From positions 24,428,001 through 24,492,000 of the forward strand of contig OZ024757.1 of assembly GCA_964016885.1 (NCBI GenBank): DNA of 64,000 nt, in the 5' to 3' direction. This document shows, in pieces, positions 35,508 to 48,582 of the stretch (within the stretch, counting starts at the first letter, position 1; every line of letters begins with the position of its first letter). The notes below the pieces were generated by a model. That model was not told the origin of the DNA. It made no database searches and saw nothing but the letters and a program-made list of their open reading frames with translations. Source of the DNA: Eledone cirrhosa (lineage: Eukaryota). A program made the position numbers and the translations under genes.

Positions 35508-37080
35508 GTCAGAACTGACCAATGATTAATTGTAGGCCAGCAATGATTAGAACTGACCAGTGATTAATTGTAGGCCAGCAATGATTAGAACTGACCAGTG
35601 ATTAATTGTAGGCCAGCAATGATTAGAACTGACCAATGATTAATTGTAGGCCAGCAATGATTAGAACTAACCAATGATTAATTGTAGGCCAGCAATGATT
35701 AGAACTGACCAGTGATTAATTGTAGGCCAGCAATGATTAGAACTAACCAATGATTAATTGTAGGCCAGCAATGATTAGAACTGACCAATGATTAATTGTA
35801 GGCCAGCAATGATTAGAACTGACCAATGATTAATTGTAGGCCAGCAATGATTAGAACTGACCAGTGATTAATTGTAGGCCAGCAATGATTAGAACTGACC
35901 AGTGATTAATTGTAGGCCAGCAATGATTAGAACTGACCAATGATTAATTGTAGGCCAGCAATGATTAGAACTGACCAATGATTAATTGTAGGCTAGCAAT
36001 GGTCAGAACTGACCAATGATTAATTGTAGGCCAGCAATGATTAGAACTGACCAATGATTAATTGTAGGCCAGCAATGATTAGAACTGACCAGCGATTAAT
36101 TGTAGGCCAGCAATGATTAGAACTGACCAATGATTAATTGTAGGCCAGCAATGATTAGAACTGACCAATGATTAATTGTAGGCCAGCAATGATTAGAACT
36201 GACCAATGATTAATTGTAGGCTAGCAATGGTCAGAACTGACCAGTGATTAATTGTAGGCCAGCAATGATTAGAACTGACCAATGATTAATTGTAGGCCAG
36301 CAATGATTAGAACTGACCAATGATTAATTGTAGGCCAGCAATGATTAGAACTGACCAGTGATTAATTGTAGGCCAGCAATGATTAGAACTGACCAATGAT
36401 TAATTGTAGGCCAGCAATGGTCAGAACTGACCAATGATTAATTGTAGGCCAGCAATGATTAGAACTGACCAATGTTTAATTGTAGGCCAGCAATGATTAG
36501 AACTGACCAGTGATTAATTGTAGGCCAGCAATGATTAGAACTGACCAATGATTAATTGTAGGCTAGCAATGGTCAGAACTGACCAATGATTAATTGTAGG
36601 CCAGCAATGATTAGAACTGACCAATGATTAATTGTAGGCCAGCAATGATTAGAACTGACCAATGATTAATTGTAGGCCAGCAATGATTAGAACTGACCAA
36701 TGATTAATTGTAGGCCAGCAATGATTAGAACTGACCAGTGATTAATTGTAGGCCAGCAATGATTAGAACTGACCAATGATTAATTGTAGGCCAGCAATGA
36801 TTAGAACTGACCAGTGATTAATTGTAGGCCAGCAATGATTAGAACTGACCAATGATTAATTGTAGGCCAGCAATGATTAGAACTGACCAATGATTAATTG
36901 TAGGCCAGCAATGATTAGAACTGACCAATGATTAATTGTAGGCCAGCAATGATTAGAACTGACCAGTGATTAATTGTAGGCCAGCAATGATTAGAACTGA
37001 CCAATGATTAATTGTAGGCCAGCAATGATTAGAACTGACCAGTGATTAATTGTAGGCCAGCAATGGTCAGAACTGACCAG
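35508..37080. repeat. 38-bp minisatellite, ~41 copies
   Basis: Unit tgattaattgtaggccagcaatgattagaactgacca[a/g]. Confidence 0.97.
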
Positions 37081-37111
37081 AGGTTAAACAACAATAGCAA
37101 CAACAACTTAC

Positions 37112-37241
37112 TTTTGGGAGTCTTCTTGCCAAGATTGTCACCCATTGGAGAATAATTGTTAAGTTTATGGTACATAATTTCCCGACATTTATCGTTCATA
37201 TCTTTAATACACCAACCGTCCTTCTCATCACAGATTGTTTC
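37112..37241 (-). CDS. Putative host-gene internal exon (ETICDEKDGWCIKDMNDKCREIMYHKLNNYSPMGDNLGKKTPK)
   Basis: Acceptor ttttttcttcgtatctgttttag, consensus donor gtaagt, 130 bp open (phase 0/1), splices in frame to 33950. Confidence 0.75.
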
Positions 37242-39479
37242 CTAAAACAGATACGAAGAAAAAATATAACATAAAAAAAACAGAAAATGTGTGTGTGTGT
37301 GTATATATACATATTGTTATACTTTGGGAGAGTCATGCTGCCAATAAAAACACATGCACCTGTTAGATTTCACTTAAATTTATTATTTGATTATATCTAT
37401 ATATGCAAAATGTAAATGGAAAACAAAACAGCAAACAATATAGTACAATGGAGAAATATATTAGTTTAATACTTGATATATTAGGAAAAGTGTCTTAATG
37501 CTTCAGATGCTAGTCCTTTATCAGAAGATAGAATGAGAGCAAAAAGGAAAGAACAGAAAAACAATTTAGAAGAAAAAGCATTTTATATCATCATTATTTA
37601 ACATCTGTTCTTCCATGATAGCATGGGATGGACTGATTGTCAGAGACAAAGTCAGTATATAATCAGAATCTAAGGAGGGCTGAGACCACATCTCACAAGT
37701 GTCCCACACACTACAGGGGATTTATGTGGGGAAGTTGACTGATAAACAGATTGCAAGAAATACAGACACAGAGATGTCTTAATAGACAAACAGACACAGA
37801 TGCTGCTTATTATTGTCCATAGACAGCTATAGATAGCAGCATCTTTACCACTGATCTGCTTGTCAACACTGTGAGAGAGGGAGGGAGATATCAAATTACC
37901 CTTTCCCAAACAAATCTAGCACTAAGTGGATGACACATGACACTTGCTTTTTATTATATTTACGAATCACATATTTTTCTTATAGCTTAATCTAACTTGC
38001 TGTTGTATTTAAAAAATCCTCCATTTATATCATTCATATTTATTTACTTATATTTTATCATTGATTCATATTTTTTAACAAAGGGACTTTTCAACGTTTT
38101 TATTCATTGTTTTCCTTGACGAGATTTTTGAAGATAAATTCATGTGTAATCTTTGTGATTGTCACATCATTAACCTGTTGACTGCCGCATATATTTTACA
38201 CAGCCACAGTTGCTGTGGAGGGGGGGGGGGGGTGATCAGTAAAATAACTATTTTTTAAAATTAAACATTAATTAACAACACATATCGGAATGATTGACAT
38301 CACATCAATAAACTAGTAACTCCATCTAGCTTTGAAGTTATGAACTGTTGAAAACAATTTCATAACTTTGAAGTTATGAACCGTGGGAAACGATTTCATA
38401 ACTTTGAAGTTGGAAAAGCGTTTAAACATGTTAAGACGAGTTATCTGATCCGTGGCACTGGAATGCATACATATTTGGACAAGTTATCTCGTCTACGGCA
38501 CAGAAGAGCTCGTGGGGTGCAGTTATGATGTGGTAGAGCTCCATGAGGCAAGGATCGCACTTCCTCTTGGAATCACCTGTAACCCCAGCGAGTGGCGCCT
38601 CTTCATTGGCAACTCATCCAGGAGCCTCAAAGCAGTGCTGCTTCATAATGGAAACATATATTCCCCTCTTTCCCTAGTTTACTCGGTGCAGCTCAAAGAG
38701 GAATACAGCAGTGTCAAGATCTTGCTAGACTCCTTAAAGTATGAACAGTACAGTAGGGAGGTTATTGGAGACTTCAAAATGGTGGCATTCTTGATGGGCC
38801 TCCAAGGTGGCTTTACCAAGTTTCCATGTTATCTTTGCCTTTGTGACAGCAGGAACACTGCAGCACACTATCACAGGCAAGACTGGCCATGGTGAGCTGA
38901 GTTCAGTGTTGGGATAAATAATGTTAAATGGGAGCCACTGGTTGATCCCCGGAAGGTATTGTTCCCACCACTTCACTTAAAACTGGGCCTTATGAAACAG
39001 TTTGTCACAGCTCTAGATAAGGAGTCGGCAGCCTTCGAGTACCTTTGAAACTTCTTCCCTAAGCTGTCTGAGGCAAAAGTGAAAGCTGGTGTCTTCATCA
39101 GACCACAAATAAGGAAGATCATGAAGTATAAGGAATTCCCCAAGAAGTTCATTAAGACAGAGGAGGCAGCATGAAACAGTTTTATTTCATTGGTTCGGGG
39201 CTTCCTGGGGAATCACAAGGCTGAAAATTATGTGGAACTTGTTGAGGACCTGGTGAAGAACTTCGGTAAAATGGGTTGCAGGATGTCGCTCAAAGTACAT
39301 ATCCTTGACACTCATCTTGATAAATTCAAGGGAAACATGGGAGCATACTCAGAAGAGCAAGGGGAGTGCTTTCACCAGGATATACTTGATTTTGAATGTC
39401 ACTACCAAGGATCATATAATAAAAACATGATGGGAGACTATATATGGGGGCTGAGTCATGAAAGCAATTTGCAGCTTAA

Positions 39480-40580
39480 CCCTTTAGTGTTCAAACCGCC
39501 CCAAATCGGCCGCAATTATTTCCCCTTCATTTGTTCAATCTGCCCTAAACCGGCCGATAACACCCACACTAAAATATCGTTCTAAAAATAAACAATACCG
39601 TCATCAAAATCTCGTCAATTCGAGAGTACTGCGAGACTAGGCCCTTACCACGAAAATTAAGACTTAATGTAGTGAAACAACTTAAAACAACACGTGTTTT
39701 TTTAACGTTGAAAATAGAACAGATTTTTTGTTTGTATCAACATGGCTTATGAAAGTAGCAATACCGACTTTAAAGGTTTTACACACAACGACATTCAGAA
39801 TAAACAAGAAACAAAAGATAATATTAGTGATTTATCTTCAAATGAATCTGATGTTTACATTTCTGAAATTTCATTCGACGATGATTGTTGTTTTGAAAGT
39901 GAAAACGAAGGAGATCTCCAGGACGCTATTGAAAATATTACAGCAATGTGGTTGAAAAATACCACACCAATATATGTTCCCGATTTTATTCAAAATACTG
40001 GTCCACAACACACATTAGCTCCCGATGCTAAAGCACTGGATTATTTCTTTTTTTTTTTACCACAAACTTTCTTCGAAGTTATGGCAGAAGAGATTAATCG
40101 ATATGCCCAACAACAGATTTCAAATCGAGGAAAACCCGATCTGTTATGGCGACCAACAGATGCTCGGAAATGCAAGCATTTTTTACCGTATATATTATGT
40201 TCGGTATAAAATAATTTCCAAGACTGTGGAATTACTGGAGCACTGATATAAGGTTTAGTGATCCTTATATATCAAGTATTATGCCGAAACCAACGTATTT
40301 AAAATTAAACCAGTATTTGCACCTGGTTGATACTTCAAATGCCCCTATTAATTAATTTCACCTGTCCATAAAAGTAAAATTTAACCAAAAATTCAGGTAA
40401 AATTATATAATTGTAAATAATTGATATTTAAACATCTACTGACAAAATTTCAAGCCTGCACATAGAAAATTAAGAAAATTACAAACAAATAAAATTGACA
40501 ACACTCTTGAGTACGAATAACTGAAAATAATGTGAACAGATAAACATGACATTTGACAAATTAATGTGAATGCTAAAGGG
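39480..40580 (+). mobile_element. Internally deleted piggyBac element with intact ends
   Basis: TTAA on both sides (39476-39479, 40581-40584); TIRs CCCTTTAGTGTTCA / TGAATGCTAAAGGG; ORF 39742-40209 resembles a piggyBac transposase N-terminus (acidic tract, ALDYF, EEINRYAQQ, WRPTD). Confidence 0.92.
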
Positions 40581-40693
40581 TTAAGCGTAAATCCTGAAAA
40601 ACCACTCATTTCTAAGTTTTTTGTATAATCCTAGAATAAATAAATGCTACTTTTTGAATTATATATCATTTTATTCCAACTTTGCTTGAATGA

Positions 40694-40890
40694 AGGCATG
40701 TGGCTAAATAGTTAGAGAATTGGATTCGCAATCTTGAGGTTGTCAGTTCGATTCCTGGACCGGGCGATGAGTTATGTCCTTGAGTAAGACACTATATTTC
40801 ACATTGCTCCTTCTACCTGGAGTTGCGACCAATAGATAGTATTAGCAATTGGAAAGACCAACGGAAACATTGTTTCCTCGGTCTGATTAT
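40694..40890 (+). mobile_element. tRNA-derived CORE-like SINE with 13-bp TSD
   Basis: A-box tggctaaatagtt, B-box agttcgattcc, CORE-like gtccttgagtaagacact; tttgcttgaatga at 40681-40693 and 40891-40903. Confidence 0.85.
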
Positions 40891-41559
40891 TTTGCTTGAA
40901 TGAGAATGTTCACATTTGGCAGTTTTCCCAATGAGAATTAGGTAAATCTAGAAAGATCATTATCTTGGCCATAAAAGCAAAGTTTAAACCAAATATTAAT
41001 CATTTTTCATACTTTCTAGGCATAAGTAAATAGGAAATAATAGTTGCTATCCCAAGGACAAAAATTGTATTACACAGTGTAATTAATTAATCTTTATGAA
41101 TTGAAAAACAAAATTGCCTAATTTATGATCTGTGATACAGCTTAAATTTATTGGATTTGTTTGATCTGATGATAATAAAACATTGAGCTTCTATTCATCT
41201 TGACAATTAAAACTTAAGTGGATATTTCCACCAATTATAAAAATTCCTTTTGTTCGTTACTACTCCATTTGTTGAATTGAACTCTCTCCCTTTTGTCAAG
41301 ATACTAACCAAAAACTATTTACCAATGTCCTTGAAAAATATGCCTTTATTGGATAAAAGAAACAGACCTAAGCCAAAACACTATTAAAAGGAGTAGGGGG
41401 GGGGGAGACAGGCACTACACCCCAGTCTGAGCGGAGCCTCAGCTGCACCCTGCAGACAAAATGGCAATGGTATTACCACAGATAATAGCCAAAGACACCC
41501 GCTGAAACAGGGCTCCTTCATCAAGCGGGCTACTATCTTTCTGATTTTGCGGAGGGAAT

Positions 41560-43000
41560 CAACAGTGTGGAGACCAAGGACACTAGAACAAACACCAGCA
41601 CAATGGGGAAGTGGTCAGTCAAGTCCCAGTATTTAACCAACTTTCTAATAAACAGTGTCAACTCATTTCTCAGAAGAATCAGATGGAGGACATTCCACCA
41701 TGACCAGAAAAAGGAATAAAAAACGACATAAAAATAATTCCCCCTCAATTACCATATACACTCGAATATGTGACCCACAAATACATTGCCCACAATACTT
41801 ATGCTGTGCCAATTCTAACGCCAACATTTGGCCTGCTGAACTGATCATTGCAAGAACTAAGTGAGATGGATGTTAGAACTCGCAAACTTCTCAGTGTTAC
41901 TGGGAACTTTAACATCACTTGTGATGTGGATAGGCTGTACTTCTCATGCAAGGAAGGTGGCCGGGAGTCTAAAATCCATATTAACATCATATGAGACCCG
42001 GATAGTAACACTGAAGCAACATCTTCAACAGAGGAAAAAGGTTGGCAACCATCTTGCCCAGGTTTATGAGCATGAAAAAAAAAATATCATTAGAATAGCC
42101 ACTGATCTGGAGGAGAGATATGGAATAAAACCTGATATAAATCTCTCAGCCAGAGAAATCGGAAGATCCTATTCAATGTTCAAACAAGATGAAAAAATTG
42201 ACCAATTTACAGAAAAAGTTGTGCATGGATACTTGAGATGTAAAACACAGACCATAGAGGGGATAAACCACTCAAAAAGCCTGGCATGGAGTTCCGACAA
42301 GTTTATGACATCACACCTTGAGGGATATCTCTATGCAATACAGGAACAAGAACTCCCTACCAAATATCTGCTGCACAAAAGGGGAGGGCCATCAGCTGAC
42401 AATAAATGTAGGCTATGTAAAACAAAGATGCGAAAGAATGTCATCTCGCTACTACCTCCCCATGAGACACGATGGGCTGGCTAGAACCATCTGGGACGCA
42501 CTTCGGAAAACAAAATTAACAACAAACGAGGAAGAATATATTGAGACAGATGGCACTAAGGAATACTGGTGGAACCTGAAAATAAAAGCTGCCACCAAAT
42601 TAAAGCACAACCGGCCTGATATTGTTGTTTGGGACCACACATTGAAAACGTGTTCTGTTGTGGAGATCAGCTGCCCACTTGAGGTAAACGTTGTCAGAAG
42701 GAGGACATCTACAGACCATTGATGAGGAGTTTACAAATCCAGTATCCAAGATACACCTTTAGCTTCATACCCATCATTATTGGAGCTACGGGTTATATAC
42801 CAACCTGCTTGGACCAAAGTATGACTGAACTTGGATTTGCTGGCAAAGAGCGCAGGTCCCTAATTCATAGTCTACAAATGACTGCGATAGCTGGCACCTT
42901 CAAAATTTGCAAAACATTCTTGCGATTCAAGGGATGACAATTTCTTTTCTTTTACAACCTTGCCACCAGGAAGGTGGCCGGTCAAAAAAATATACTCGAA
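41560..43000 (+). mobile_element. R4/Dong-like RLE LINE 3' portion, frameshifted
   Basis: MDVRTRKLL...DVDRLY..KEGG, AIQEQELPTK, CRLCK, MRHD, KHNRPDIVVWD...VEISCP, IPIIIGATG. Confidence 0.85.
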
Positions 43001-43180
43001 ATTAAGAGAAAGAGATAACACACACATACATAGATAGATACATACATACACACATACATACATACATACTGACAGTTACATTCTCATTCCCCACTCTCCA
43101 CTCATTCCCTCTTTCTCTCATTGATGATTTGTATTCAATAAAAATACCTTTGTGTGTGTGTGTAAATACATACATATACG

Positions 43181-43212
<32 letters not shown>

Positions 43213-43686
43213 CATACACACACATAAGCACATGAAGATGTATATATACATACATTATGTAAGTTGTAAATCAAGTAGTCATTCACTGCCCTGTTAGCCA
43301 CAGCACCCACCACATCCACTACCACACCACCCACCGCCATTCCCTGTTAGCTTCACTGAACATTCATAAGAGACCAACCCACACAACCACATTCCAAGAT
43401 CTACCTTCAGAACACACAGGTACACACACACAAAATCACCCTGTATGCAGCTACATAATCTAGTAGAAACATTAACCTAATCTTTAACCCTTCTCATACC
43501 AAAAACACATGAAACTGCCGCTAGCCCTATAATGATACAAAGCTGCTTATTTTAATGTGTTTATCTAAATTTCATAAAAAAAAACAACTTTTGTTAAGTT
43601 ATGTCCCAAATACCAGCTTAATAAAAAGAAAGTTTGTTATATTACTAAACAATTCCAAATTTTTTTAATTATTTTCAAACCATTTG

Positions 43687-43753
<67 letters not shown>

Positions 43754-43876
43754 GGAGGTGAGTTTTATTGTAGTACAATAAAGCAATGCAGATATCGGAT
43801 AAGAAGCACTCTACAGTTTGTAGGACTGGAGTATACATAATATAAGATCAAAAGATGGTTAAAGGAGTTCCATGTA

Positions 43877-43943
43877 TTTTATTATGCGCATTTCAAAAAC
43901 AAACATCATCATGCAATAATATTTGTGTTTTCATCAGATAAAA
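43877..43943 (-). ncRNA. Minimal type I hammerhead ribozyme (antisense member of inverted pair)
   Basis: Exact reverse complement of 43979-44045. Confidence 0.75.
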
Positions 43944-43978
43944 CAGGAGAACATGATATGAAGGCTAAAAAACACCTG

Positions 43979-44045
43979 TTTTATCTGATGAAAACACAAA
44001 TATTATTGCATGATGATGTTTGTTTTTGAAATGCGCATAATAAAA
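43979..44045 (+). ncRNA. Minimal type I hammerhead ribozyme
   Basis: ttttat-CTGATGA-stem II-GAAA-T-GCGC-A-TA-ataaaa; palindromic loop 3; cleavage triplet AUA. Confidence 0.75.
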
Positions 44046-44077
44046 TACATGGAACTCCTTTAACCATCTTTTGATCT

Positions 44078-44114
<37 letters not shown>

Positions 44115-44384
44115 CATTATCGGAGAAAGCTTTAAGCGATACTCCTGCCAAATTCCAACTCAATCAACAAACATTAGGAAATAAGTGAGTATATTCCTAA
44201 TTAAGCAGGGTGCTAACTAAATGTATTGTGTGGAAAATTGGCTGTATTATTTCATATGAGACATATCGAACATATATATATATATATATATATTATATTT
44301 AAAACTTTACTATTATATATATATATATAATATTTAAAAATTCACTATTCACAAGTGTTTTTTAAGCTTCATATCATGTACCCC

Positions 44385-44455
44385 TATTTTATCTGATGAG
44401 AACGCAGATATCATCCCATGATGATATTTGTTTTTGAAATGCGCATAATAAAATA
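44385..44455 (+). ncRNA. Minimal type I hammerhead ribozyme (same family, different stem II)
   Basis: tattttat/ataaaata stem I, CTGATGA, gcagatatcatc/gatgatatttgt stem II, GAAATGCGCATA. Confidence 0.8.
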
Positions 44456-44880
44456 CTTGGAACTCTTTTAACCATCTTTTGATCTTATATTATATATATA
44501 TAGTAATAATAATAAATTTGAAGACTAAAATCCAAAGAGGGCTCGATAAGGATCAATATATATCAAATATATATAAGGGTGAAAGCAGCGATTCATTGCT
44601 TAAACTTTAATCTGTTATTTTAATAAATATATATATATATATGTAGAAGTTCTATTTAAATTGTTGGGATACAACAAGCAAATATTTTTATAACTGATAT
44701 AAAGCACTCAACAAATTATTGGAGTAAAAATACGATATATTAACAAATGGAAACTATATTTATAAAACCATATTTATTTCATTATACATATTTCAAGGAC
44801 ACCATTCGGGAGCTTCCATCAGAAATGGTCGCATTCTTTAAGGGTATGTCAATATTTATTTATAAAACTGCTCTATATTA

Positions 44881-44945
44881 TATTTTATCTGATGAAAGCA
44901 CACCATAATTTAACTTGGTGTCCTTGAAATATGTATAATGAAATA
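44881..44945 (+). ncRNA. Minimal type I hammerhead ribozyme (second family)
   Basis: tattttat/atgaaata stem I, CTGATGA, aagcacacca/tggtgtcctt stem II, GAAATATGTATA. Confidence 0.7.
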
Positions 44946-44995
44946 AATATGGTTTTATCAATATAGTTTCCATTTGTTAATATATTGTATATTAG

Positions 44996-45515
44996 CCACG
45001 GAGTAGGCAGACCCAGAAAAACCTAGGACGACTTGATAAATTCCGACCTCACACACTTACACCTCTCCAAGACAATGTCACTGGACCGAGATCTTTGGCG
45101 CTACACAGTAATAGAGAAGACCCGCCTTACCTAAGTGCAAAGTGAAACCTACTACAGTCAGTAGGCACCTCTAAGAAAATACACCCCCGTCCCACTACCC
45201 CCACCCCATCCACACCACCCCTTTCAATGTAAAGTTATGTTGGTACCACAACATCCAGCCCGAAACAAATGAGGTCGTGTAGGTGTCACGACAAAAAAAC
45301 ACACAGTCCACGCTGTAATGTGGCCGTGTAGGTAACACGGTAAAAACCTCCCAGTTCCACACTGTAAATGTGGTTGGTGTTAGGAAGGGCATCCAGCCGT
45401 AGAGTACCTGCCAGACAGTCCTATGCGAGCAAGACAACCACTCTTGCTCCAAGTGGGAAAACTCCCGTCCAAACCCATGCGAGCATGGAATATGGACGTT
45501 AAATGATGATGATGA
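44996..45515 (+). mobile_element. RTE family B 3' end
   Basis: Matches ~27940-28440; ends in (GAT)n then (TA)n. Confidence 0.9.
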
Positions 45516-45532
45516 TATATATGCACATATGA

Positions 45533-45563
<31 letters not shown>

Positions 45564-45774
45564 GCACATATGAATATATATAATATATATTTATATATAT
45601 GCACATATGAATATATATAATATATATTTATATATATAATATATATTTATATATAATATATATATTTATATATAATATATATATTTATATATATATATAT
45701 AATATATATATTTATATATATATATATAATATATATATTTATATATATAAAATTATACGCACATATGGATATAA

Positions 45775-46460
45775 AATTAGACAGTAGAAGTCGCACTGAT
45801 AGACACATTTTTCAAATGCGAGAGGGCGCTATAGAAGTGGTGGATAGCTTCCGGTACCTAGGAAATCAGATTAGCATGGGAGGAGGGTGTTCCGAGGCCA
45901 TAGTATCTAGAATAAGGACGGGTTGAAAGAAGTTTAGGGAGCTGCTTCCTCTGTTGACGAAGAAGGGTTTCTCCCTGCGTACGAAAGGCCGGTTGTATGA
46001 TGCCTGTGTGAGGAGCGCGATGCTGCATGGTAGTGAGACATGGGCACCAACCGCAGAGGATATGCGACGGCTGGAGAGAAATGAGGCAAGCATGCTCCGT
46101 TGGATGTGCAGTGTAAATGTGCGTGAACGACCCAGCATAAATGTGTTGAGAGAGAAACTGTGTCTGAGAGGGATAGAATGTAGTGTACGGGAGAGGAGAC
46201 TGAGGTGGTATGGACATGTGATGCGCATGGAGGATGACCGATGGGTGAAGAAGTGCCAGGAATTGCCAGTTGAAGGAAGACGTGGTAGAGGTAGACCACG
46301 AAAAACATGGGCGGAGGTGGTGAGAACAGACCTCAGATCATTGAAGCTCATGGTGGAGATGACGAGGGACCGTGACGAGTGGAGAGATGCTGTGCTGAAT
46401 AAAACCCGTCCCACCCTTGCAACCAGGGAAAATCGGACGTAAAATGATGATGATGATGAT
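45775..46460 (+). mobile_element. RTE family A 3' portion
   Basis: ORF 45954-46442 AMLHGSETW...RRLRWYGHVMRM...GRGRPRKTW; (GAT)n tail. Confidence 0.93.
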
Positions 46461-46727
46461 ATGCACATATGTATATATAATATATGTATGTATATATAAT
46501 ATATATATGCCCTCTTTGGATTTTAGTCTTCACATTTATTATTATCATTATATATATATCTGAGTTCAAATCCCGCCGAGGTTGACTTTGCCTTTCATCC
46601 TTACGGGGTCGATAAAATAAAGTACCAGTAATGCACTGGGTAATTGCTGGCCTTGTGCCTAAAGTAGAAACAATTATAAATATATATATATATGCACATA
46701 TGTATATATCTATAAGTATATATACAC

Positions 46728-46770
<43 letters not shown>

Positions 46771-47104
46771 TTTTGTAACACAGTCCCAATACTCACAAAC
46801 ATCTGGGATCTGTGATACAGTTGGTTATATAGCTCTAGCATCATACTTTCTTAGTCAGACTATGAACTTTTCAGCCTATCCCCGTAGAATGTGGTGTTGT
46901 TCCCCCCCCCCCCCCCCCACACACACCTCGGTCAGTTCTGATCCAGCCATGACCATCAAATATAGTGTATGAAGAACTGACTGCATTATCCAAAGTAGCT
47001 GTGAATTGAGGGATATATGGCTGCTATTTCTAGCAATTTGAGTTACCATATAAAGACTCTTTCAGTTTTTTTGTGCACCCATGTTTGTCACTGTCAATTT
47101 TTTT

Positions 47105-48240
47105 ATGTGTGTGTTTTCATGTATGTGTGTGTATGTTGTTTGTATATATGTGTGTATGCATGTGTTTGTTTGTATATATGTGCGTATGTATGTGTATGTT
47201 TGTATATATGTGTGTATGTATGTGTTTGAATGTATGTGTATGTTTGTATATATGTGTGTATGTGTGTTTGAATGTATGTGTATGTTTGTATATATGTGTG
47301 TTTGAATGTATGTGTATGTTTGTATATATGTGTGTATGTATGTGTATGTTTGTATATATGTGTGTATGTATGTGTTTGAATGTATGTGTATGTTTGTATA
47401 TATGTGTGTTTGAATGTATGTGTATGTTTGTATATATGTGTGTTTGAATGTATGTGTATGTTTGTATATATGTGTGTATGTATGTGTATGTTTGTATATA
47501 TGTGTGTATGCATGTGTTTGTTTGTATATATGTGCGTATGTATGTGTATGTTTGTATATATGTGTGTATGTATGTGTTTGAATGTATGTGTATGTTTGTA
47601 TATATGTGTGTATGTGTGTTTGAATGTATGTGTATGTTTGTATATATGTGTGTTTGAATGTATGTGTATGTTTGTATATATGTGTGTATGTATGTGTTTG
47701 AATGTATGTGTGTGTGTGTACATGATTATATATGTCTGTATATGCATCTATATGGATGTGTGTGTATGTGTATCTGTGGGTGGGTGGTTGTATGTGTATA
47801 TGTTTGTGCAAATGTGTATGTGAGTATGGATGTGTCTATTGATGTGTATGTGTTAGTTTATGTGTGTGTGTGTCTATGTTTGTGAGTTTATTATAAATGT
47901 CTGTAAGTGTGTGTGTATGAGTATGTATGTATGTGTGTATTTTGGGTGTCTATATGTGTAAGTGTATGAGGGTGTATGTGTGTATGTGCATGTATGTGTG
48001 TGTGTATGTATGTGTATGTATGTATGTGTGTGTGTGCATGTATGTATGTGCATGTATGGATGTGTATGTATGGATGTGCATGTATGTATGTGTATGTATG
48101 GATGTGTATGTATGGATGTGTATGTATGGATGTGTGTATGTATGGATGTGTGTGTGCATGTATGTATGTGAATGTGATGTATGTATGTGTATGTATGTAT
48201 ATGTGCATGTATGTGTATGTATGTATATGTATGTGTGATA
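47105..48240. repeat. Compound TG/TA low-complexity repeat
   Basis: Repeated tgtatgtgtatgtttgtatata and gtttgaatgtat units. Confidence 0.95.
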
Positions 48241-48582
48241 CTGCTCCTCCTCTCCCTTCCCCCCATGACCCTCCATATTGCCATGTCATGTAGCCACCTA
48301 CTTTCTGCTTCTCTCTCTCCTTTTATGTCATTTCTCCTCCCCCTCTCTCCTCTAACTACCACCCCTGTTGTCACAAATGGAGATCTAACTATCTAACTAT
48401 CCCTTGCTCAATATTACCATATATGGTGTTGACCTACAGCCAGGCTGCTACATCAACAAAATACCCAATTTACTGTCCTACATTTATCTACTTTTCTGTC
48501 TATATATGTCTGTCGGTCTATCTGTCTGTCTATTTCTGTTTATCATTTATGTATCTGTCTGCTGGCTATCTATCTATCTATC

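Larger units (their letters stand above)
38570..41079 (+). mobile_element. Chapaev3-like (CMC) DNA transposon remnant; transposase pseudogene
   Basis: WRLFIGNSSRSLKAVLLHNGN, DFKMVAFLMGLQGGFTKFPCYLCL, MSLKVHILDTHLDKF...EEQGECFHQDI with in-frame stops; putative terminus ...ttacacagtg at 41079. Confidence 0.8.

Noticed and set aside
37670-37909. Extra host exon after the ctctctcacag acceptor
   Set aside because: No donor giving a convincing phase match to the exon at 37241; left uncalled.
47017-48396. Many overlapping H/T/Y/I and C/V/M ORFs (also near 2.4, 18.5, 62 and 63.9 kb)
   Set aside because: Translations of TA/TG/CA microsatellites.
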